From Eledone cirrhosa (Eukaryota): a stretch of DNA of 64,000 nucleotides. How positions within the stretch are numbered: the first letter of the stretch is position 1; each line of letters starts with the position of its first letter. A program made the position numbers and the translations under genes. The stretch is taken from positions 31,310,001 to 31,374,000 of the forward strand of contig OZ024744.1 of the NCBI GenBank assembly GCA_964016885.1. The letters run 5' to 3'. This document shows, in pieces, positions 41,101 to 55,200 of this stretch. The notes under the pieces are model-generated. The model searched no databases. It saw only the letters and a list, made by a program, of their open reading frames with translations, and was not told the DNA's origin.

Positions 41101-41900
41101 GTCCTCTGTCATGGCCAACTGAGACATTCGTAAACCCAGTACTAACTAATGTCCTCTGTTATGGCCAACTGAGAGATTGGTAAACCCAGTACTAACTAAT
41201 GTCCTATGTCATGACCAACTGAGACATTGGTAAACCCAGTACTAACTAATGTCCTATGTCATTGCCAACTGAGACATTGGTAAACCCAGTACTAACTAAT
41301 GTCGTATGTCATGGCCAACTGAGACATTGGTAAACCCAGTACTAACTAATGTCCTATGTCATCGCCAACTGAGACGTTGGTAAACCCAGTACTAACTAAT
41401 GTCCTATGTCATGACCAACTGAGACGTTTGTAAACCCAGTACTAACTAATGTCCTCTGTCATGGCCAACTTAGACGTAGGTAAACCCTGTACTAACTAAT
41501 GTCCTCTGTCATGGCCAACTGAGAGGTAGGTAAACCCAGTACTAACTAATGTCCTATGTCATGGCCAACTGAGACGTTGGTAAACCCAGTATTAACTAAT
41601 GTCCTATGCCATGACCAACTGAGACATTGGTAAACCCAGTACTAACTAATGTCCTATGTCATGGCCAACTGAGACGTTGGTAAACCCAGTACTAACTAAT
41701 GTCTTATGTCATGGCCAACTGAGACATTGGTAAACCCAGTACTAACTAATGTCCTCTGTCATGGCCAACCGAGACGGTGGTAAACCCAGTACTAACTAAT
41801 GTCCTCTGTCATGGCCAACGGAGACGTTGGTAAACCCAGTACTAACTAATGTCCTATGTCATGACCACCTGAGACATTGGTAAACCCAGTACTAACTAAT
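38150..41900. repeat. Older tandem duplication of a ~1.9-kb block
   Basis: CATGGACAAAT at 38261 and 40160 (offset 1899); TTCGTATAC, CTCTGACATAG and AATTGAGTC shared; several private differences. Repeated again at ~59.5-63.2 kb. Confidence 0.87.
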
Positions 41901-43649
41901 GTCCTATGTCATGACCAACTGAGACGTTGGTAAACCCAGTACTAACTAACGTCCTATGTCATGGCCAACTGAGACTTTGGTAAACCCAGTACTAACTAAT
42001 GTCCTCTGTCATGGCCAACTGTGACGTTGGTAAACACAGTACTAACTAATGTCCTATGTTATGGCCAACTGAGATGTTGGTAAACCCAGTACTAACTAAT
42101 GTCCTCTGTCATGGCCAACTGAGACATTGGTAAACCCAGTACAAACTAATGTCCTCTGTCATGGCCAACTGAGACGTTGGTAAACCCAGTACTAACTAAT
42201 GTCCTATGTCATGGCCAACTGAGACGTTGGTAAACCCAGAACTAACAAATATCATATATCATGACCAACTGAGACGTTGGTAAACCCAGTACTAACTAAT
42301 GTCCTCTGTCATGGCCAACTGAGACATTCGTAAACCCAGTACTAACTAATGTCCTCTGTCATGGCCAACTGAGAGATTGGTAAACCCAGTACTAACTAAT
42401 GTCCTATGTCATGACCAACTGAGACATTGGTAAACCCAGTACTAACTAATGTCCTATGTCATGGCCAACTGAGACGTTGGTAAACCCAGTACTAACTAAT
42501 GTCCTCCGTCATGGCCAACTGGGACGTTGGTAAACCCAGTATTAACTAATGTCCTATGTCTTGGCCAACTGAGACGATGGTAAACCCAGTACTAACTAAT
42601 GTCCTCTGTCATGGCCAACTGAGACATTGGTAAACCCAGTTCTAACTAATGTCCTATGTCATGGCCATCTGAGACGTTGGTAAACCCAGTACTAATTAAT
42701 GTCCTCTCTCATGGCCAACTGAGACGTTGGTAAACCCAGTACTAACTAATGTCCTCTGTCATAGCCAACTGAGACGTAGGTAAACCCAGTACTAACTAAT
42801 GTCCTCTGTCATGGCCAACTAAGACGTTGGTAAATCCCGTACTAACTAATGTCCTCTCTTATGACCAACTGAGACGTTGGTAAACCCAGTACAAACTAAT
42901 GTCCTCTGTCATGGCCAACTGAGACGTAGGTAAACCCAGTACTAACTAATGTCCTCTGTCATGGCCAAATGAGACATTGGTAAACCCAGTACTAACTAAT
43001 GTCGTATGTCATGGCCAACTGAGACATTGGTAAACCCAGTACTAACTAATGTCCTATGTCATGGCCAACTGAGACGTTGGTAAACCCAGTACTAACTAAT
43101 GTCTTATGTCATGGCCAACTGAGACATTGGTAAACCCAGTACTAACTAATGTCCTATGTCATGGCCAACCGAGACGGTGGTGAACCCAGTACTAACTAAT
43201 GTCCTGTGTCATGGCCAACTGAGATATTGCTAAACCCAGTGTTATCTAATGTCCTATGTCATGACCAACTGAGACGTTGGTATACCCAGTACTAACGAAT
43301 GTCCTCTGTCATGGCCAACTGAGACATTGGTAAACCCAGTATAAACTAATGACCTATGTCATGGCCAACTGAGACGTTAGTAAACCCAGTACTAACTAAT
43401 GTCCTATGTCATGACCAACTGAGACATTGGTAAACCCAGTACTAACTAATGTCCTATGTCATGGCCAACTGAGACGTTGGGAAATCCAGTACTAACTAAT
43501 ATCCTCTCTCATGACCAACTGAGACGTTGGTAAACCAAGTACTAACTAATGTTCTTTGTCATGGCCAACTGAGACGTAGGTAAACCCAGTACTAACTAAT
43601 GTCCTCTGTCATGGCCAACTGAGACATTGGTAAACCCAGTACTAACTAA

Positions 43650-46600
43650 TGTCCTATGTCATGACCAACTGAGATATTGGTAAACCCAGTACTAACTAAT
43701 GTCCTATGCCATGGCCAACTGAGACGTTGGTAAATCCAGTACTAACTAATGCCCTCTCTCATGGCCAACTGAGACGTTGGTAAACCCAGTATTAACTAAT
43801 GTCCTATGTCATGGCCAACTGAGACGATGGTAAACCCAGTACTAACTAATGTCCTCTGTCATGGCCAACTGAGACGTTAGTAAACCCAGTATTAGCTAAT
43901 GTCCTATGTCATGGCCAACAGACGATGGTAAACCCAGTACTAAATAATGTCCTTTGTCATGGCCAACTGAGACATTGGTAAACCCAGTTCTAACTAATGT
44001 CCTATGTCATGGCCAACTGAGACATTGGTAAACCCAGTACTATCTAATGTCCTATGTCATGGCCAACTGAGACGTTGGGAAACCCAGTACTAACTAATGT
44101 CCTCTGTCATGGCCAACTGAGAGATTGGTAAACCCAGTACTAACTAATGTCCTATGTCATGACCAACTGAGACATTGGTAAACCTAGTACTAACTAATGT
44201 CCTATGTCATGGCCAACTGAGACGTTGGTAAACCCAATACTAACTAATGTCCTCTGTCATAGCTAACTGAGACGTAGGTAAAGCCAGTACTAACTAATGT
44301 CCTATGTCATGGCCAACTGAGACGTTAGTAAACCCAGTATTAACTAATGTCCTATGTCATGACCAACTGAGACATTGGTAAACCCAGTACTAACTAATGT
44401 CCTATGTCATGGCCAACTGAGACGTTGGTAAACCCAGTACTAACTAATGTCTTATGTCATGGCCAACTGAGACATTGGTAAACCCAGTACTAACTAATGT
44501 CCTCTGTCATGGCCAACCGAGACGGTGGTAAACCCAGTACTAACTAATGTCCTCTGTCATGGCCAACGGAGACGTTGGTAAACCCAGTACTAACTAATGT
44601 CCTATGTCATGACCACCTGAGACATTGGTAAACCCAGTACTAACTAATGTCCTATGTCATGACCAACTGAGACGTTGGTAAACCCAGTACTAACTAACGT
44701 CCTATGTCATGGCCAACTGAGACTTTGGTAAACCCAGTACTAACTAATGTCCTCTGTCATGGCCAACTGTGACGTTGGTAAACACAGTACTAACTAATGT
44801 CCTATGTTATGGCCAACTGAGATGTTGGTAAACCCAGTACTAACTAATGTCCTCTGTCATGGCCAACTGAGACATTGGTAAACCCAGTACAAACTAATGT
44901 CCTCTGTCATGGCCAACTGAGACGTTGGTAAACCCAGTACTAACTAATGTCCTATGTCATGGCCAACTGAGACGTTGGTAAACCCAGAACTAACAAATAT
45001 CATATATCATGACCAACTGAGACGTTGGTAAACCCAGTACTAACTAATGTCCTCTGTCATAGCCAACTGAGACATTCGTAAACCCAGTACTAACTAATGT
45101 CCTCTGTCATGGCCAACTGAGAGATTGGTAAACCCAGTACTAACTAATGTCCTATGTCATGACCAACTGAGATATTGGTAAACCCAGTACTAACTAATGT
45201 CCTATGCCATGGCCAACTGAGACGTTGGTAAATCCAGTACTAACTAATGCCCTCTCTCATGGCCAACTGAGACGTTGGTAAACCCAGTATTAACTAATGT
45301 CCTATGTCATGGCCAACTGAGACGATGGTAAACCCAGTACTAACTAATGTCCTCTGTCATGGCCAACTGAGACGTTAGTAAACCCAGTATTAGCTAATGT
45401 CCTATGTCATGGCCAACAGACGATGGTAAACCCAGTACTAAATAATGTCCTTTGTCATGGCCAACTGAGACATTGGTAAACCCAGTACTATCTAATGTCC
45501 TATGTCATGGCCAACTGAGACGTTGGGAAACCCAGTACTAACTAATGTCCTCTGTCATGGCCAACTGAGAGATTGGTAAACCCAGTACTAACTAATGTCC
45601 TATGTCATGACCAACTGAGACATTGGTAAACCTAGTACTAACTAATGTCCTATGTCATGGCCAACTGAGACGTTGGTAAACCCAATACTAACTAATGTCC
45701 TCTGTCATAGCTAACTGAGACGTAGGTAAAGCCAGTACTAACTAATGTCCTATGTCATGGCCAACTGAGACGTTAGTAAACCCAGTATTAACTAATGTCC
45801 TATGTCATGACCAACTGAGACATTGGTAAACCCAGTACTAACTAATGTCCTATGTCATGGCCAACTGAGACGTTGGTAAACCCAGTACTAACTAATGTCT
45901 TATGTCATGGCCAACTGAGACATTGGTAAACCCAGTACTAACTAATGTCCTCTGTCATGGCCAACCGAGACGGTGGTAAACCCAGTACTAACTAATGTCC
46001 TCTGTCATGGCCAACGGAGACGTTGGTAAACCCAGTACTAACTAATGTCCTATGTCATGACCACCTGAGACATTGGTAAACCCAGTACTAACTAATGTCC
46101 TATGTCATGACCAACTGAGACGTTGGTAAACCCAGTACTAACTAACGTCCTATGTCATGGCCAACTGAGACTTTGGTAAACCCAGTACTAACTAATGTCC
46201 TCTGTCATGGCCAACTGTGACGTTGGTAAACACAGTACTAACTAATGTCCTATGTTATGGCCAACTGAGATGTTGGTAAACCCAGTACTAACTAATGTCC
46301 TCTGTCATGGCCAACTGAGACATTGGTAAACCCAGTACAAACTAATGTCCTCTGTCATGGCCAACTGAGACGTTGGTAAACCCAGTACTAACTAATGTCC
46401 TATGTCATGGCCAACTGAGACGTTGGTAAACCCAGAACTAACAAATATCATATATCATGACCAACTGAGACGTTGGTAAACCCAGTACTAACTAATGTCC
46501 TCTGTCATAGCCAACTGAGACATTCGTAAACCCAGTACTAACTAATGTCCTCTGTCATGGCCAACTGAGAGATTGGTAAACCCAGTACTAACTAATGTCC
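43650..46600. repeat. Tandem duplication of a ~1.5-kb block
   Basis: 2-bp-deletion monomer GGCCAACAGACG at 43913 and 45411 (offset 1498); ATAGCTAAC in both; CATATATC at 45001 and 46449 (offset 1448 after loss of one monomer). Confidence 0.89.
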
Positions 46601-49252
46601 TATGTCATGACCAACTGAGACATTGGTAAACCCAGTACTAACTAATGTCCTATGTCATGGCCAACTGAGACGTTGGTAAACCCAGTACTAACTAATGTCC
46701 TCTGTCATGGCCAACTGGGACGTTGGTAAACCCAGTATTAACTAATGTCCTATGTCTTGGCCAACTGAGACGATGGTAAACCCAGTACTAACTAATGTCC
46801 TCTGTCATGGCCAACTGAGACATTGGTAAACCCAGTTCTAACTAATGTCCTATGTCATGGCCATCTGAGACGTTGGTAAACCCAGTACTAATTAATGTCC
46901 TCTCTCATGGCCAACTGAGACGTTGTTAAACCCAGTACTAACTAATGTCCTCTGTCATAGCCAACTGAGACGTAGGTAAACCCAGTACTAACTAATGTCC
47001 TCTGTCATGGCCAACTAAGACGTTGGTAAATCCCGTACTAACTAATGTCCTCTCTTATGACCAACTGAGACGTTGGTAAACCCAGTACAAACTAATGTTC
47101 TCTGTCATGGCCAACTGAGACGTAGGTAAACCCAGTACTAACTAATGTCCTCTGTCATGGCCAAATGAGACATTGGTAAACCCAGTACTAACTAATGTCG
47201 TATGTCATGGCCAACTGAGACATTGGTAAACCCAGTACTAACTAATGTCCTATGTCATGGCCAACTGAGACGTTGGTAAACCCAGTACTAACTAATGTCT
47301 TATGTCATGGCCAACTGAGACATTGGTAAACCCAGTCCTAACTAATGTCCTATGTCATGGCCAACCGAGACGGTGGTAAACCCAGTACTAACTAATGTCC
47401 TGTGTCATGGCCAACTGAGATATTGCTAAACCCAGTGTTATCTAATGTCCTATGTCATGACCAACTGAGACGTTGGTATACCCAGTACTAACGAATGTCC
47501 TCTGTCATGGCCAACTGAGACATTGGTAAACCCAGTATAAACTAATGACCTATGTCATGGCCAACTGAGACGTTAATAAACCCAGTACTAACTAATGTCC
47601 TATGTCATGACCAACTGAGACATTGGTAAACCCAGTACTAACTAATGTCCTATGTCATGGCCAACTGAGACGTTGGTAAATCCAGTACTAACTAATATCC
47701 TCTCTCATGACCAACTGAGACGTTGGTAAACCAAGTACTAACTAATGTCCTATGTCATGGCCAACTGAGACATTGGTAAACCCAGTACTATCTAATGTCC
47801 TATGTCATGGCCAACTGAGACGTTGGGAAACCCAGTACTAACTAATGTCCTCTGTCATGGCCAACTGAGAGATTGGTAAACCCAGTACTAACTAATGTCC
47901 TATGTCATGACCAACTGAGACATTGGTAAACCTAGTACTAACTAATGTCCTATGTCATGGCCAACTGAGACGTTGGTAAACCCAATACTAACTAATGTCC
48001 TCTGTCATAGCCAACTGAGACGTAGGTAAAGCCAGTACTAACTAATGTCCTATGTCATGGCCAACTGAGACGTTGGTAAACCCAGTATTAACTAATGTCC
48101 TATGTCATGACCAACTGAGACATTGGTAAACCCAGTACTAACTAATGTCCTATGTCATGGCCAACTGAGACGTTGGTAAACCCAGTACTAACTAATGTCT
48201 TATGTCATGGCCAACTGAGACATTGGTAAACCCAGTACTAACTAATGTCCTCTGTCATGGCCAACCGAGACGGTGGTAAACCCAGTACTAACTAATGTCC
48301 TCTGTCATGGCCAACGGAGACGTTGGTAAACCCAGTACTAACTAATGTCCTATGTCACGACCACCTGAGACATTGGTAAACCCAGTACTAACTAATGTCC
48401 TCTGTCATGGCCAACTGAGACATTGGTAAACCCAGTACAAACTAATGTCCTCTGTCATGGCCAACTGAGACGTTGGTAAACCCAGTACTAACTAATGTCC
48501 TATGTCATGGCCAACTGAGACGTTGGTAAACCCAGAACTAACAAATATCATATATCATGACCAACTGAGACGTTGGTAAACCCAGTAATAACTAATGTCC
48601 TCTGTCATGGCCAACTGAGACATTCGTAAACCCAGTACTAACTAATGTCCTCTGTCATGGCCAACTGAGAGATTGGTAAACCCAGTACTAACTAATGTCC
48701 TATGTCATGACCAACTGAGACATTGGTAAACCCAGTACTAACTAATGTCCTCTGTCATGGCCAACTGGGACGTTGGTAAACCCAGTATTAACTAATGTCC
48801 TATGTCTTGGCCAACTGAGACGATGGTAAACCCAGTTCTAACTAATGTCCTATGTCATGGCCAACTGAGACGTTGGTAAACCCAGTACTAACTAATGTCC
48901 TCTGTCATAGCCAACTGAGACGTAGGTAAACCCAGTACTAACTAATGTCCTCTGTCATGGCCAACTAAGACGTTGGTAAATCCCGTACTAACTAATGTCC
49001 TCTCTTATGACCAACTGAGACGTTGGTAAACCCAGTACAAACTAATGTTCTCTGTCATGGCCAACTGAGACGTAGGTAAACCCAGTACTAACTAATGTCC
49101 TCTGTCATGGCCAAATGAGACATTGGTAAACCCAGTACTAACTAATGTCGTATGTCATGGCCAACTGAGACATTGGTAAACCCAGTACTAACTAATGTCC
49201 TATGTCATGGCCAACTGAGACGTTGGTAAACCCAGTACTAACTAATGTCGTA

Positions 49253-52200
49253 TGTCATGGCCAACTGAGACGTAGGTAAACCCAGTACTAACTAATGTCC
49301 TCTGTCATGGCCAACTGAGACGTTAGTAAACCCAGTATTAGCTAATGTCCTATGTCATGGCCAACTGAGACGATGGTAAACCCAGTACTAAATAATGTCC
49401 TTTGTCATGGCCAACTGAGACATTGGTAAACCCAGTTCTAACTAATGTCCTTTGTCATGGCCAACTGAGACATTGGTAAACCCAGTACTATCTAATGTCC
49501 TATGTCATGGCCAACTGAGACGTTGGGAAACCCAGTACTAACTAATGTCCTCTGTCATGGCCAACTGAGAGATTGGTAAACCCAGTACTAACTAATGTCC
49601 TATGTCATGACCAACTGAGACATTGGTAAACCTAGTACTAACTAATGTCCTATGTCATGGTCAACTGAGACGTTGGTAAACCCAATACTAACTAATGTCC
49701 TCTGTCATAGCCAACTGAGACGTAGGTAAAGCCAGTACTAACTAATGTCCTCTGTCATGGCCAACTGAAACGTTGGGAAACCCAGTACTAACTAATGTCC
49801 TCTGTCATGGCCAACTGAGATATTGCTAAACCCAGTATTATCTAATGTCCTATGTCATGACCAACTGAGACGTTGGTATACACATTACTAACGAATGTCC
49901 TCTGTCATGGCCAACTGAGACATTGGTAAACCCAGTATAAACTAATGTCCTATGTCATGACCAACTGAGACGTTGGTAAACCCAGTACTAACTAACGTCC
50001 TATGTCATGGCCAACTGAGACTTTGGTAAACCCAGTACTAACTAATGTCCTCTGTCATGGCCAACTGAGACGTTGGTAAACACAGTACTAACTAATGTCC
50101 TATGTCATGACCAACTGAGACGTTGGTAAACCCAGTACTAACTAATGTCCTCTGTCATGACAACTGAGAGATTGGTAAACCCAGTACTAACTAATGTCCT
50201 ATGTCATGACCAACTGAGACATTGGTAAAACCAGTACTAACTAATGTCCTATGTCATGGCCAACTGAGACGTTGGAAAACCCAGTACTAACTAATGTCCT
50301 CTGTCATGGCCAACTGAGACATTGGTAAACCCAGTACTAACTAATGTCCTATGTCATGACCAACTGAGACATTGGTAAACACAGTACTAACTAATGTCCT
50401 ATGTCATGGCCAACTGAGACGTTGGAAAACCCAGAACTAACTAATGTCCTCTGTCATGGCCAACTGAGACATTGGTAAACCCAGTACTAACTAATGTCCT
50501 ACGTCATGACCAACTGAGACATTGGTAAACCCAGTATTAACTAATGTCCTATGTCATGGCCAACTGAGACGTTGGTAAATCCAGTACTAACTAATGTCCT
50601 CTCTCATGGCCAACTGAGACGTTGGTAAACCCAGTACTAACTAATGTTCTCTGTCATGGCCAACTGAGACGTAGGTAAACCCAGTACTAACTAATGTCCT
50701 CTGTCATGGCCAACTGAGACGTTAGTAAACCCAGTATTAGCTAATGTCCTATGTCATGGCCAACTGAGACGATGGTAAACCCAGTACTAAATAATGTCCT
50801 TTGTCATGGCCAACTGAGACATTGGTAAACCCAGTTCTAACTAATGTCCTATGTCATGGCCAACTGAGACATTGGTAAACCCAGTACTATCTAATGTCCT
50901 ATGTCATGGCCAACTGAGACGTTGGGAAACCCAGTACTAACTAATGTCCTCTGTCATGGCCAACTGAGAGATTGGTAAACCCAGTACTAACTAATGTCCT
51001 ATGTCATGACCAACTGAGACATTGGTAAACCTAGTACTAACTAATGTCCTATGTCATGGTCAACTGAGACGTTGGTAAACCCAATACTAACTAATGTCCT
51101 CTGTCATAGCCAACTGAGACGTAGGTAAAGCCAGTACTAACTAATGTCCTCTGTCATGGCCAACTGAAACGTTGGGAAACCCAGTACTAACTAATGTCCT
51201 CTGTCATGGCCAACTGAGATATTGCTAAACCCAGTATTATCTAATGTCCTATGTCATGACCAACTGAGACGTTGGTATACACATTACTAACGAATGTCCT
51301 CTGTCATGGCCAACTGAGACATTGGTAAACCCAGTATAAACTAATGTCCTATGTCATGACCAACTGAGACGTTGGTAAACCCAGTACTAACTAACGTCCT
51401 ATGTCATGGCCAACTGAGACTTTGGTAAACCCAGTACTAACTAATGTCCTCTGTCATGGCCAACTGAGACGTTGGTAAACACAGTACTAACTAATGTCCT
51501 ATGTCATGGCCAACTGAGATGTTGGTAAACCCAGTACTAATTAATGTCCTCTGTCATGGCCAACTGAGACGTTGGTAAACCCAGTACTAACTAATGTCCT
51601 ATGTCATGACCAACTGAGACGTTGGTAAACCCAGTACTAACTAATGTCCTCTGTCATGACAACTGAGAGATTGGTAAACCCAGTACTAACTAATGTCCTA
51701 TGTCATGACCAACTGAGACATTGGTAAACCCAGTACTAACTAATGTGCTCTGTCATGGCCAACTGAGACGTTGGAAAACCCAGTACTAACTAATGTCCTC
51801 TGTCATGGCCAACTGAGACATTGGTAAACCCAGTACTAACTAATGTCCTACGTCATGACCAACTGAGACATTGGTAAACCCAGAACTAACTAATGTCCTA
51901 TGTCATGGCCAACTGAGACGTTGGTAAATCCAGTACTAACTAATGTCCTCTCTCATGGCCAACTGAGACGTTGGTAAACACAGTACTAACTAATGTCCTA
52001 TGTCATGGCCAACTGAGATGTTGGTAAACCCAGTACTAACTAATGTCCTCTGTCATGGCCAACTGAGGCGTTGGTAAACCCAGTACTAACTAATGTCCTA
52101 TGTCATGACCAACTGAGACGTTGGTAAACCCAGTACTAACTAATGTCCTCTGTCATGACAACTGAGAGATTGGTAAACCCAGTACTAACTAATGTCCTAT

Positions 52201-55200
52201 GTCATGGACAACTGAGACGTTGGTAAATCCAGTACTAACTAATGTCCTCTCTCATGGCCAACTGAGACGTTGGTAAACCCAGTACTAACTAATGTTCTCT
52301 GTCATGGCCAACTGAGACGTAGGTAAACCCAGTACTAACTAATGTCCTATGTCATGGCCAACTGAGTCGTTGGTAACCCAGTACCAACTAATGTCCTCTG
52401 TCATGACAACTGAGATATTGGTAAACACAGTACTAACTAATGTCCTATGTCATGGCCAACTGAGATGTTGGTAAACCCAGTACTAACTAATGTCCTCTGT
52501 CATGGCCAACTGAGACGTTGGTAAACCCAGTACTAACTAATGTCCTATGTCATGGCCAACTGAGAGATTGGTAAACCCAGTACTAACTAATGTCCTATGT
52601 CATGACCAACTGAGACATTGGTAAACCCAGTACTAACTAATGTCCTATGTTATGGCCAACTGAGACGTTGGTAAACCCCGTACTAACTAATGTCCTCTGT
52701 CATAGCCAACTGAGACGTAGGTAAACCCAGTACTAACTAATGTCCTATGTCATGGCCAACTGAGTCGTTGGTAACCCAGTACCAACTAATGTCCTCTGTC
52801 ATGGCCAACTGAGATATTGCTAAACCCAGTATTATCTAATGTCCTATGTCATGACCAACTGAGACGTTGGTATACCCAGTACAAACGAATGTCCTCTGTC
52901 ATGGCCAACTGAGACATTGGTAAACCCAGTATAAACAAATGTCCTATGTCATGACCAACTGAGACGTTGGTAAACCCAGTACTAACTAACGTTCAATGTC
53001 ATGGCCAACTGAGACGTTGGTAACTCAGTACTAACTAATGTCCTCTGTCATGGCCAACTGAGACGTTGGTAAACCCAGTACTAACTAATGTCCTATGTCA
53101 TGGCCAACTGAGACGTTGGTAAACCCAGAACTAACAAATGTCCTATGTCATGACCAACTGAGACGTTGGTAAACCCAGTACTAACTAATGTCCTCTGTCA
53201 TGGCCAACTGAGAGATTGGTAAACCCAGTACTAACTAATGTCCTATGTCATGACCAACTGAGACATTGGTAAACACATTACTAACTAATGTCCTATGCCA
53301 TTCCAACTGAGACGTTGGTAAACCCAGTACTAACTAATGTCCTCTGTCATGGCCAACTGAGACATTGCTAAACCCAGTACTAACTAATGCCCTATGTCAT
53401 GACCAACTGAGACATTGGTAAACCCAGTACTAACTAATGTCCTATGTCATGGCCAACTGAGACGTTGGTAAACCCAGTACTAACTAATGTTCTCTGTCAT
53501 GGCCAACTGAGACGTAGATAAACCCAGTACTAACTAATGTCCTCTGTCATGGCCAACTGAGACGTTGGTAAACCCAGTATTAGCTAATGTCCTATGTCAT
53601 GGCCAACTGAGACGATGGTAAACCCTGTACTAAATAATGTCCTCTGTCATGGCCAACTGAGACATTGGTAAACCCAGTTCTAACTAATGTCCTATGTCAT
53701 GGCCAACTGAGACATTGGTAAACCCAGTACTATCTAATGTCCTATGTCAAGGCCAACTGAGACGTTGGTAAACCCAGTACTAAATAATGTCCTCTGTCAT
53801 GACCAACTGAGAGATTGGTAAACCCAGTACTAACTAATGTCCTATGTCATGGCCAACTGAGACGTTGGTAAACCCAGTACAAACTAATGTCCTCTGTCAT
53901 AGCCAACTGAGACGTAGGTAAACCCAGTACTAACTAATGTTCTCTGTCATGGCCAACTGAAACGTTGGTAAACCCAGTACTAACTAATGTCCTCTGTCAT
54001 GGCCAACTGAGATATTGCTAAACCCAGTATAAACTAATGTCCTATGTCATGACCAACTGAGACGTTGGTAAACCCAGTTCTAACTAATGTCCTATGTCAT
54101 GGCCAACTGAGACGTTGGTAAACCCAGTACTAATTAATGTCCTCTCTCATGGCCAACTGAGACATTGGTAAACCCAGTACTAACTAATGTCCTATGTCAT
54201 GACCAACTGAGATATTGGTAAACCCAGTACTAACTAATGTCCTATGTCATGACCAACTGAGACGTTGGTAAACCCAGTACTAACTAATGTCCTCTGTCAT
54301 GGCCAAATGAGACGTTGGTAAACCCAGTATTAACTAATGTCCTATGTCTTGGCCAACTGAGACGATGGTAAACCCAGTACTAAATAATGTCCTCTGTCAT
54401 GGCCAACTGAGACATTGGTAAACCCAGTTCTAACTAATGTCCTATGTCATGGCCAACTGAGACGTTGGTAAACCCGGTACTAATTAATGTCCTCTCTCAT
54501 GGCCAAATGAGACGTAGGTAAACCCACTACTAACTAATGTCCTATGTAATCGCCAACTGAGACATTGGTAAACCCAGTACTATCTAATGTCCTATGTCAT
54601 GGCCAACTGAGACGTTCGTAAACCCAGTACTAATTAATGTCCTCTCTCATGGCCAACTGAGACGTTGGTAAACCCAGTACTAACGAATGTTCTCTGTCAT
54701 GGCCAACTGAGACGTTGGAAAACCCAGTACTAACTAATGTCCTCTGTTATGGCCAACTGAGACATTCGTAAACCCAGTACTAACTAATGTCCTCTGTCGT
54801 GGCCAACTGAGAGATTGGTAAACCCAGTACTAACTCATGTCCTATGTCATGATCAACTGAGACATTGGTAAACCCAGTATTAACTAATGTCCTATGTCAT
54901 GGCCAACTGAGACGTTGGTAAACTCAGTACTAACTAATGTCCTCTGTCATGGCCAACTGAGACATTGGTAAACCCAGTACTAACTAATGTCCTATGTCAT
55001 GACCAACTGAGATATTGGTAAACACAGTACTAACTAATGTCCTATGTCATGGCCAACTGAGACGTTGGTAAATCCAGTACTAACTAATGTCCTCTCTCAT
55101 GGCCAACTGAGACGTTAGTAAACCCAGTATTAACTAATGTCCTATGTCATGGCCAACTGAGACGATGGTAAACCAGGTACTAAATAATGTCCTCTGTCAT

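Larger units (their letters stand above)
26423..42664. repeat. Copy 1 (visibly matched part) of a large recent duplication; full unit probably 26423-49252
   Basis: Markers match 49253-64000: TAATGTGCTC 28911/51741 (offset 22830), TCAAGGCC 32461/53747 (21286), CCTTTTCATG 37855/59191, CCCTGTA 41485/62821 and TCCGTC 42505/63841 (all 21336). Confidence 0.93.
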
